Positions 39,959 to 47,712 of a stretch of 64,000 bases of DNA are shown piece after piece (the first letter of the stretch is position 1; every line of letters starts with the position of its first letter). The DNA lies in assembly GCA_965279515.1 (NCBI GenBank), contig CBDIID010000003.1:3392001-3456000 (forward strand), read 5' to 3'. The notes under the pieces were generated by a model that did not search any database, was not told the DNA's origin, and saw only the letters and a program-made list of their open reading frames with translations. The position numbers and the translations under genes were made by a program. The stretch comes from Turneriella sp. GTDB taxonomy: Bacteria; Spirochaetota; Leptospiria; Turneriellales; Turneriellaceae.

Positions 39959-41478
39959 AAATCGCCTTTGTCATCGCCGCGCGCAACCTGCTGCGCCATA
40001 AGGGAAAAAGCTTCGTTATCGGGGCCATCCTCTTTGTTGGCGCGCTCATTATGACGCTCGGCAACGCGGTAATCTCGGGCATGAACCGTGGCCTCAGTGA
40101 AAACATTGTCGAGCGTTTCACCGGACACATCGTGCTCATCTCAGACACGCAAGAAAATCCCAACATTCTTTTCACGCCGATGGGCAAAGACATCGCGCTG
40201 ATAAAAAATTTTGAAAAGACCCGCGCGGTTTTAGCGAGTCAGCCTTATATCAAGAATTATCTCCCCGCCGCACGCGGCTTCAGCTTTGTGCTTACCGAAG
40301 AGGGCGATATCGATTTTGCGATGCTCTTGGGCGTCGATTTTCCCGAATATAACCGCATTTTCCGCGAGAATGTGAAACTCGTCGAAGGCAAGCTGCTCGA
40401 TAAAAATGAGCGCGGCATGCTGGTGAGCCAGGGACGGCGCACACGTTTTTTTAATGACCAGAATATCTGGGTGAAGCCGGTGGGATACCCCCTCGACGAA
40501 AAGAATTTTTCCGAAGAGGCGAAAAAGTATCGCGCAAAGATGATCGTCAAAGACAATTTGGTGCTCATGGGGGCATCGGGTGAGTCGACGGCATTCGACA
40601 TCCGTACCGACATCAAGGGTATCATACGCTATGAATTTCTCGACGATTTTTGGAAATTCTTCAATATCATGGATATCGAGACCTTCCGCGAATGTTTCCA
40701 ATGGGTGACCAATTCCGACGCTGCCGTAAATCTCACAAAAGACACGAAAAACCTGATTTCCAAAGAAGGCAATCTGGATGACCTCTTTAAAGAAGAAACT
40801 GTCGTCCAAACGAAGTCGGCAAAGGCCGAACTGACGAAAACATTGAAGCAACTCAAGGAGAAATCCACCGCGCCTAAGGTGCAGACCGATGCCGGCGCCT
40901 ATAACGTGGTTTTCGTCAAACTGCAGGACAAAGAGAATCTGCAGGCGCGCACCGATGAGCTCAATAATGCCCTGAAGGCTGCCGGCGCCTCGTCGCGCGC
41001 CGTGACGTGGCAGAAGGCAATCGGCCAGTTGGGTGATATGGCGGGTATTATCCGCGGCGCGCTCATGGGCTTCGTATTTTTTATCTTTTTTGTGGCGATT
41101 ATCATCATCATGAATACGCTTTCGATGGCGGCGCTCGAGCGCACGGCCGAGCTCGGCATGATGCGTGCGGTGGGCGCGCAAAAACGTTTTGTCACCGTCA
41201 TGTTCTTTATCGAGACCGCCTGCCTGGCGATTCTTTTCGGCGGGTTGGGTATTGTCGTCGGTGCGGCGTCGGTGCCGGTGCTGAAGGCCATGAATATCAC
41301 GGCGGAGAACAATATTTTGCAATTGCTCTTTGGAGGCAAAACTTTTGCGCCCTATCTGGGCATAGCCGATATTCTCGCCGGTGTCGTTGAGCTTGCGCTG
41401 GTAACCGTGATTGCCTCGATTTACCCGATCCGCGTGGCGCGGAGGATTACGCCTTTAGATGCGATATCGAGAGATTAA
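39955..41478 (+). CDS. FtsX-like ABC permease (LolC/E-like)
   Basis: A.RNL.R, NTL.M..LERT.E.G.MRA.G, P.R.A.RI.P.DAI. Confidence 0.9.
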   Translation: MKIAFVIAARNLLRHKGKSFVIGAILFVGALIMTLGNAVISGMNRGLSENIVERFTGHIVLISDTQENPNILFTPMGKDIALIKNFEKTRAVLASQPYIKNYLPAARGFSFVLTEEGDIDFAMLLGVDFPEYNRIFRENVKLVEGKLLDKNERGMLVSQGRRTRFFNDQNIWVKPVGYPLDEKNFSEEAKKYRAKMIVKDNLVLMGASGESTAFDIRTDIKGIIRYEFLDDFWKFFNIMDIETFRECFQWVTNSDAAVNLTKDTKNLISKEGNLDDLFKEETVVQTKSAKAELTKTLKQLKEKSTAPKVQTDAGAYNVVFVKLQDKENLQARTDELNNALKAAGASSRAVTWQKAIGQLGDMAGIIRGALMGFVFFIFFVAIIIIMNTLSMAALERTAELGMMRAVGAQKRFVTVMFFIETACLAILFGGLGIVVGAASVPVLKAMNITAENNILQLLFGGKTFAPYLGIADILAGVVELALVTVIASIYPIRVARRITPLDAISRD

Positions 41479-41520
41479 TGTCCCCACCCCCGGCCCCTCC
41501 CCGCATGCAGGGAGGGGAGC
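41478..41520. repeat. Palindromic C/G-rich repeat, left end of a 300-bp composite element
   Basis: ATGTCCCCACCCCCGGCCCCTCCCCGCATGCAGGGAGGGGAG. Confidence 0.85.
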
Positions 41521-41521
41521 T

Positions 41522-41779
41522 GTGAAGAGGAATAGGAAACGAATGAATGAGATGACGCGACGAGCCCGGCTGTTACGCAATCAGCCAACGCCAGCTGAAG
41601 ATTCGCTCTGGGATCTTATCCGGAACGGCAGGCTTGCGGGGATTCAGGTCTTGAGATTAAAAAACGAAGATGTTCTCAATGATCCCGTCACTGTTTTGGG
41701 AAAAATAACACATTTCGTTGGCGGCTTATCTTCAATGACCCCTCCCCCGTTTACGGGGGAGGCCGGGAGGGGGACATGA
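41522..41779 (+). pseudogene. Internally deleted DUF559 (Vsr-like endonuclease domain) gene
   Basis: N-part RARLLRNQPTPAEDSLWDLIRNGRLAG is joined directly to C-part IQVLRLKNEDVLNDPVTVLGKI; the central FRRQ/DF/IE.DG..H core is absent. Confidence 0.72.
41739..41778. repeat. Palindromic C/G-rich repeat, right (inverted) end of the composite element
   Basis: CCTCCCCCGT-TT-ACGGGGGAGG then CCGGGAGGGGGACATG; its end is the near reverse complement of 41478-41495. Confidence 0.85.
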
Positions 41780-43548
41780 AACGACTCAAACTCTTAAATT
41801 CCCTTGCCTTCCGCAACCTGATACGCCAGCGCCGCCGCAACCTGCTCTTAGGTGTGGCCATTGCATTCGGCACAATGATCCTGATTCTCGCGAATTCATT
41901 CTCGCGCGGCATCACCGACACGCTGCTGAACAAGATCGTCGTACAGATGACAGGCCATCTCGAACTGGCGGTACTCGAGCGTTCGCGCGCACAGAATCTG
42001 CTGATCCGCGACCGCACGCTCTATCTGGACCTCTTGCAAAAGAACTTGCCCGATGTGCGGGAGATCGCCGAGAATGTCGCCGTGTTTTCGCGCGCGATCG
42101 GCAACGGCAAGGGCGAGAATGTCATCGTCGTGCCGATGGACTTCGGCGATGGACAGAACCTCGCGCAGAACAGCGACGCCGAATACCTGGTGAGCCGGGT
42201 TCAGGAAGGCAAGATCGAAGATATGCTTTCGGCGCAATACGAGAACCCGGTCGCTGTCTTTGCCGATAAGTCGCGCGCGCTCAACATCAAACTCTTCGAC
42301 ACGATCAAGGTTCGCCTCAAAACCGTCAGCGGTCAGGAGCAGAGCGCGCGTTTTACGGTAGTGATGCAGCTCAAATCAGAGAGCCTTTTCGAATCAGGTG
42401 CGATTTTTCTGCCGATCAAGAACCTCAAAAAACTGCGGGCAATCCGCGCGAACGAGACCGGCTCGTTGCAAGTCACCTTTAAGAATTTTGATTCACCGCG
42501 CACGGTTATCCGCCTCGCCGACAAGATCCATTCTCTCTTAAAACCGGGTATTGCCGCGATCCATGGTGAAGTGAAGGCAGGCAAAAAGACCGTTCCAGTC
42601 ACCGCCGGGGGATTGACCCAGGAATTCGAAAAATCAGATACCTTTAAGAAATCCATCCAACTCGTCAAAGGCGCCTGGCCGCGCGACCGCGATACCGACC
42701 GGATTCTGGTTTCGGAAAAGGTGGCTGCGGCTTTGAAGCTAAAACCCGATGCGAAGTTAATGCTCCGATTCAAATCGATCCACGCAACCGAAGAGGTCGA
42801 ACAAAATCTGATTGTTTCCGGAATTTTTAAGAGTATGGGAGATGCTCCAGCAAAGGTCGAGGCATATTTGCCCGAAGCCGCGTTCTACAAGGCTTACCTC
42901 AGCGATCTGCCGGTGCAGCGTACGCTGGCGCCTGAGAATATCTCTGAGGAATGGAAAAAAATTCTCGCCCCGGAATTCAGGCTCTTGCCGCGCACGTCGA
43001 CGGGCGACGATCTGCAAAAAAAGAACCAGGAACTGAGGAAGACCAACTTCTACGGGCCTGCCATCGACGTGCGCACGATGTACGAAAGCGCGAGCCAGGT
43101 TCTGGAACTCGAAGGTGCGCTCAACCTTATCACGCTCATCGCTGTGCTCATTCTCTTTTTCATCATTCTCATCGGCGTCGTGAATACGTTGCGCATGACA
43201 ATACGTGAGCGCACACGCGAGATTGGCACCATGCGCGCGATCGGCGTGCAGCGCAGCGACGTGCGCAATATTTTCCTCTTCGAAACCTTCCAGCTGGCGC
43301 TGTTCTCGGCGTTTGCAGGTTTGATTCTGGCCCTCATTGCCATGCTGGCGCTCTCGTCCTTTACGATCGACACGCAGAGCGTGCTGGGGATTTTCCTCGC
43401 GAAAAAGAAACTCTACTTTGTGCCGTTTGTCTCCGACATTGTGCGCAACATTATCATGATTTTGGTCATTTCAACGGTGACGGCATATTTTCCGTCGCGG
43501 CGCGCTGCAAAACTCGACGCGGCTGAAGCGTTACGTCATTACGAATAA
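41776..43548 (+). CDS. FtsX-like ABC permease (LolC/E-like)
   Basis: AFRNL.RQ.RR, NTL.M.I.ERTREIGTMRAIG, PSRRAAKL..AEALR. Confidence 0.9.
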   Translation: MKRLKLLNSLAFRNLIRQRRRNLLLGVAIAFGTMILILANSFSRGITDTLLNKIVVQMTGHLELAVLERSRAQNLLIRDRTLYLDLLQKNLPDVREIAENVAVFSRAIGNGKGENVIVVPMDFGDGQNLAQNSDAEYLVSRVQEGKIEDMLSAQYENPVAVFADKSRALNIKLFDTIKVRLKTVSGQEQSARFTVVMQLKSESLFESGAIFLPIKNLKKLRAIRANETGSLQVTFKNFDSPRTVIRLADKIHSLLKPGIAAIHGEVKAGKKTVPVTAGGLTQEFEKSDTFKKSIQLVKGAWPRDRDTDRILVSEKVAAALKLKPDAKLMLRFKSIHATEEVEQNLIVSGIFKSMGDAPAKVEAYLPEAAFYKAYLSDLPVQRTLAPENISEEWKKILAPEFRLLPRTSTGDDLQKKNQELRKTNFYGPAIDVRTMYESASQVLELEGALNLITLIAVLILFFIILIGVVNTLRMTIRERTREIGTMRAIGVQRSDVRNIFLFETFQLALFSAFAGLILALIAMLALSSFTIDTQSVLGIFLAKKKLYFVPFVSDIVRNIIMILVISTVTAYFPSRRAAKLDAAEALRHYE

Positions 43549-43557
43549 GGAGATTTA

Positions 43558-44313
43558 ATGAAAACAATACTTCTGCTCATCGCGGCCCTGCCGCTTGTTT
43601 CTCTCAACGCCGTCGGCGTGAACCACATTCTGAAAGAGATCGACGCGCGCATGTCGCAGGTGAGCGACTTTGCGGCAAAGGTGGCGCTGACACAGCAAAA
43701 GGTCGGGCAGGGAGTGAAAAATTTCGAGACATTGTTCTTCCGCCGCGATAAAGACGACGAGTTTCTGATGGTGACGACCGCGCCGCAGTCAGAGAAGGGC
43801 AACGGCTACCTGCGCACAGGCAATAACTTCTGGATGTACCGCCAGAACACGCGCACATTCCAACACATCAACCGCGACGAGAGCATCAACGGCACCGACA
43901 CGAAGGCCGGGGATTTCGAGCGCAAAAAGGTCAGCGAACTCTACAAGCCATTCACCGACGCATCGGGCAAAGAGGACATTGTCGAAGAGACGCTGGGCAA
44001 TAAGCCCTGCTATAAATTCACCGTCGTGGCAAAGGTGCGCGACGTGACGTATCCCAAGCAGGTGTATTGGGTTGAGAAGGATACCTTTCTGCAGCTCAAG
44101 GTGCAATCCTATTCGCTGTCTGGTACGCTGATGCAGACAGCGTACTTTATCAAATACACGCAGATTGAGGGGAAATACATTCTACTCAAAGGCATGTTCA
44201 TCGACGAGTTTGAGAAAGGCAATAAGACGGTGCTCGATATTTCGGGTGTGTCGCTGAAAAAACTCGACGGAAAAATCTTCACCAAAGCCTATCTTGAGAA
44301 TCTGAGCAAGTAA
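43558..44313 (+). CDS. Outer membrane lipoprotein-sorting (LolA-like) protein
   Basis: Signal peptide; P..EKG.GYL....WMY; SG.LM.T; F.K.YL; position in the Lol-like operon. Confidence 0.8.
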   Translation: MKTILLLIAALPLVSLNAVGVNHILKEIDARMSQVSDFAAKVALTQQKVGQGVKNFETLFFRRDKDDEFLMVTTAPQSEKGNGYLRTGNNFWMYRQNTRTFQHINRDESINGTDTKAGDFERKKVSELYKPFTDASGKEDIVEETLGNKPCYKFTVVAKVRDVTYPKQVYWVEKDTFLQLKVQSYSLSGTLMQTAYFIKYTQIEGKYILLKGMFIDEFEKGNKTVLDISGVSLKKLDGKIFTKAYLENLSK

Positions 44314-44314
44314 C

Positions 44315-45727
44315 GTGCGCGGATTGACTGCGGTTCTGTTTTCGTGCCTCGCCGCGGCGGCTAGCCTCACCCCCGTCGCTGCCGCGCCAACCCCGCTTTC
44401 GACTCCCCCTCCGCCTACGGCTCCTCCCCCGCGTGCGGGGGAGGTTGGGAGGGGGATAGAAGACGAGCTTTTTTCCGAACCTACTGTTGTGCCCATCGAA
44501 AAAATCACCGATAACAAAGTCGACGAGGTCACCGATAAGGAATCGATTGCTTTTTCGGGTTCGATCAACAGCCGTAACTCATATTCGATGAGCCGTGACT
44601 GGCTGCTCGGTAACAACTCTTCGACGGCGCAGAATACGCTGAACAACCAGCTGCAAAATAACCTCAACGTCGAAGCCCGTGCCCGCCGCGGTACACGGGC
44701 CGTTGTGAATATCGTCAACAATGTCTATGCACAGGGGAGATCCGAACAGCATACGATACAAGATGCCAACACGGGAGCCGTCTCGAAATACAATGAAACC
44801 GTCTATGCCGATTACCGCTTCACCGAAGCTTTTGTCGATGCCAACATTGCGCGCAGCATCTATTTTCGTGCCGGCAAACAGGTATTGGTCTGGGGGCGCG
44901 GCTTTTTCTGGAATCCTTCGGATGTCATCAATACCGAACTCAGGAGCGCTACCGACGCTTTCCAGTTTCGCGAGGGAACCTATGGGTTGCGCATGCATGT
45001 ACCCGTCGGCACGGTGTTTAATTTTTATTCGTTCACCGGCGTCGGCAAGAGCACGCGCGCCGAAGATATCATACAGGCCTTCAAGGCCGAGGTTGCCGTC
45101 AGCCGCGCGGAAATTGCTATCGGTGTGATTATGGGGCAAAAAAAGGTGCCGACATATTTGGCCGAGGCGAGCACGCGTTTCTGGACGCTCGACTGGCGCG
45201 CGGAGGCAACCTATGCCTATGGCGACAACGCGCAGCGCATCGATGTGAACACCTTCAACATCCTGAATCCGGTGACCTACCAGCTGCGCGACCAGCATGT
45301 CTTCAAGGGTGTGCTCAGCGTCGGGCGCAGCTTCGAGGTTTTCGACGTCGCCGACCGGCTGACGATCAACCTCGAATATTTTTACAACGGCGCGGGTTAC
45401 AGTGACAATGTCTTTGCCCAGAATGCGCTGGTGAAAGCTTACTTCGTCACGAACGGTCTCTACCGCGCGAACTACTATGGCATGCATTATCTCGGGTTTT
45501 TCGCGACATATACGAAGTTCATCCTCAACGAGATGACGCTGGGCCTCAACGGTTTTGGTAATCTGAGCGATAAGACATTTGTTTTTTCAGAACTGCTGAC
45601 CTATACCCCGCTCTTTAACCTGACGCTGACCTGGCAGAATAACATCTTCACGGGTGCCCCGGTGGGCGAATACACCGCGAGCAGCCTCGCTTGGTATTCG
45701 GAGTTCTCGGCGCGGGTGATCTTCTGA
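44315..45727 (+). CDS. Outer membrane beta-barrel protein of the ABC operon
   Basis: Signal peptide; EAFVD, R.GKQ...WG.G.FWNPSD; C-terminal aromatic residue. Confidence 0.75.
   Translation: MRGLTAVLFSCLAAAASLTPVAAAPTPLSTPPPPTAPPPRAGEVGRGIEDELFSEPTVVPIEKITDNKVDEVTDKESIAFSGSINSRNSYSMSRDWLLGNNSSTAQNTLNNQLQNNLNVEARARRGTRAVVNIVNNVYAQGRSEQHTIQDANTGAVSKYNETVYADYRFTEAFVDANIARSIYFRAGKQVLVWGRGFFWNPSDVINTELRSATDAFQFREGTYGLRMHVPVGTVFNFYSFTGVGKSTRAEDIIQAFKAEVAVSRAEIAIGVIMGQKKVPTYLAEASTRFWTLDWRAEATYAYGDNAQRIDVNTFNILNPVTYQLRDQHVFKGVLSVGRSFEVFDVADRLTINLEYFYNGAGYSDNVFAQNALVKAYFVTNGLYRANYYGMHYLGFFATYTKFILNEMTLGLNGFGNLSDKTFVFSELLTYTPLFNLTLTWQNNIFTGAPVGEYTASSLAWYSEFSARVIF
44404..44456. repeat. Palindromic C/G-rich repeat lying in frame within the CDS
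   Basis: TCCCCCTCC-GCCTACGGC-TCCTCCCCC-GCGTGC-GGGGGAGG-TTG-GGAGGGGGA; same layout as 15335-15402. Confidence 0.8.
45692..45727 (+). repeat. Direct repeat copy 1 (3' end of the OM protein gene)
   Basis: TGGTATTCGGAGTTCTC-GGCG-CGGGTGATCTT-CTGA. Confidence 0.8.
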
Positions 45728-45806
45728 GTAGCCGGAAGCTTTCATACCAAGCTTGGTTGTGCCAATAAATGACATGACGGATTAAAAAAAGATTGCTTAA
45801 TGGCGA

Positions 45807-46784
45807 ATGAACAAAGATCTGCGGACGAAAGCGAATGTAGCTTCCGCTCTCATGGCGATCAGTCTTATCTTCTTAACAGCGTATGGCTGCTCGACAGCAG
45901 ATGAGAGTTCCGCTAAAACGTCCAGAGTCGCAGATGGCAGCACCTGGACGCAGCGCACATTACCCAGTGCTTCTAACTGGTCTTCGCTGACCTTTGGGAA
46001 TGGCCTCTTCGTAACAATTGCCTCTGGTGGTACGATAGCCGCAAGGTCTACCGATGGCGTTATTTGGACTCAACGTACACTCCCAACAAGTGCAACCTGG
46101 CGTTCTGTAACTTATGGAAATGGTACCTTTGTGGCGATTGCTTATGGAAGTTCGATTGCTGCTACTTCAACGGATGGCATTACCTGGACGCAAAGAGCGC
46201 TCCCGGTTTCGAGCAATTGGTCTTCGGTTAGCTATGGCAATAGTACCTTTGTGGCAATCGCTTATGGTAGTTCTATTGCAGCTACATCTTCTGACGGCAT
46301 TGCCTGGACACAACGGGTACTTCCTAGCTCTTCCAACTGGAATGCCGTCGCATATGGTACCGGGAGTTTTGTCGCGGTGGCCGAGACTGGTACGGTCGCT
46401 GCGACATCTCCCGATGGAATCACGTGGACAGCACGCACATTGCCGACTTCAGCCAATTGGTATTCAGTAGCGTTTGGCAATAGCGTCTATGTAGCTGTTG
46501 CGCAGGCGGGGGGTACAGGTATGGTTGCCGCGACTTCTGCCGATGGTATTACTTGGACGGCTCGTACGCTTCCCGTCTCCGCTTCCTGGCAATCAGTCAC
46601 TTATGGTAATGGTGTCTTCGTCGCAGTTGCTTCTGGTGGTGCCATTGCTGCAACGTCTGCTGATGGCATCACATGGACCCAACGGACGCTTCCCAGCTCG
46701 GCTTTCTGGCAATCGGTAGCTTATGGCAATGGGATGTTTATTGCGGTTGTTAACGGCGACGCTATTGCAGCAACATCGCCCTAA
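45807..46784 (+). CDS. Lipoprotein with seven ~40-aa Asp-box/BNR-like repeats (predicted beta-propeller)
   Basis: Lipobox AYGC; 7 copies of S.DG.TWT.RTLP....W..V.YGNG.FVA.A.....AATS. Confidence 0.85.
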   Translation: MNKDLRTKANVASALMAISLIFLTAYGCSTADESSAKTSRVADGSTWTQRTLPSASNWSSLTFGNGLFVTIASGGTIAARSTDGVIWTQRTLPTSATWRSVTYGNGTFVAIAYGSSIAATSTDGITWTQRALPVSSNWSSVSYGNSTFVAIAYGSSIAATSSDGIAWTQRVLPSSSNWNAVAYGTGSFVAVAETGTVAATSPDGITWTARTLPTSANWYSVAFGNSVYVAVAQAGGTGMVAATSADGITWTARTLPVSASWQSVTYGNGVFVAVASGGAIAATSADGITWTQRTLPSSAFWQSVAYGNGMFIAVVNGDAIAATSP

Positions 46785-46792
46785 GCGTCGGC

Positions 46793-46827
46793 TGGTATTC
46801 GGAGTTCTCACCCGGGTGATCTTTTAA
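46793..46827 (+). repeat. Direct repeat copy 2 (degenerate duplicate of the gene 3' end)
   Basis: TGGTATTCGGAGTTCTC-ACC-CGGGTGATCTT-TTAA. Confidence 0.8.
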
Positions 46828-46856
46828 AAGCGGCTTGTTGAGGCGGCAAAATCGTG

Positions 46857-47413
46857 ATGAAAATCGCAGGCATCTTTCTGCTATCTGCTCTCTCTGTTTT
46901 TGCATCGGACAAGGGAATAAAATTATTACAAAAGAATTTATCCGCCACGACCCGCCCGTCGCTTTCAACCATGTAGAGTCGATCGAAAACCATTTCTGCG
47001 CGATACTCGATTCCCGCCTGCAATGCTGGGGTGAGCGGGGCGAAAAATTAATGCCGCCTCTCATAGATGATCCGATTCAGGTAGCGGTCAGTAAGAACGG
47101 CGCCTGCGCGCTGGGGGCCAAAGGCATCGAATGCTGGGGCGATGTGGGTTACGACGATCCTGCGCCGAAACTGAAAAATCCTCGCGCGGTCGTCGCTGGC
47201 AATTACCATTATTGCGCCCTTGACGATAGCGGCGTAAAATGTTGGGGCGACGACGAATTTGACCAGCTCGCTGCACCTGACCTCGTGAATCCGGTCTATG
47301 TCGTAGCAGGCGTAAACCGGTCATGCGCCGTGGACGCCACCGGTGTCGTTTGCTGGGGATTGAAAACCGCGAGAGGCGCTTTTAAGGTGCCGTCAGGACT
47401 GCGGCGCGATTAA
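46857..47413 (+). pseudogene. RCC1/BLIP-II-like repeat protein, apparently frameshifted after its signal peptide
   Basis: Repeats H.CA.D..GV.CWG are in the 46835 frame; ATG 46857 with MKIAGIFLLSALSVFAS is in a different frame. Confidence 0.55.
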
Positions 47414-47683
47414 CTTTTCAATTGCCAGGGCCAGGTCGACGTCGTGCGTCGTGAGGCCGCCTTTATCGTGGGTCTTCAGCGAGATACGTACCTTGTTGTA
47501 TGAATTACTCCAATCGGGGTGGTGATCCATCTTCTCTGCCGCCAATGCCACGCGGGTCATAAATGCAAACGCTGCGCTGAAATCGGCAAAGGCAAATTCC
47601 TTGGCGATCGCGCCCTCGTGCAAATGCCAGTCGGGCAGCTGCTTTAGGGCATGCACCATTTCGTCGTTATTCAGAAGTCGCAT
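47393..47683 (-). CDS. Pterin-4a-carbinolamine dehydratase
   Basis: F.DF..AF.FM..VA..AE..DHHP.W.N.YN.V.I.L.THD.GG.T..D. Confidence 0.93.
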   Translation of the reverse strand: MRLLNNDEMVHALKQLPDWHLHEGAIAKEFAFADFSAAFAFMTRVALAAEKMDHHPDWSNSYNKVRISLKTHDKGGLTTHDVDLALAIEKLIAPQS

Positions 47684-47712
47684 AAGACATGTTCACTCTC
47701 TGAGTAACCGGG

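Noticed and set aside
45930..46784. 120-bp tandem DNA repeats as CRISPR or DGR template/variable repeats
   Set aside because: They are in-frame protein repeats with largely synonymous divergence; no reverse transcriptase in the window
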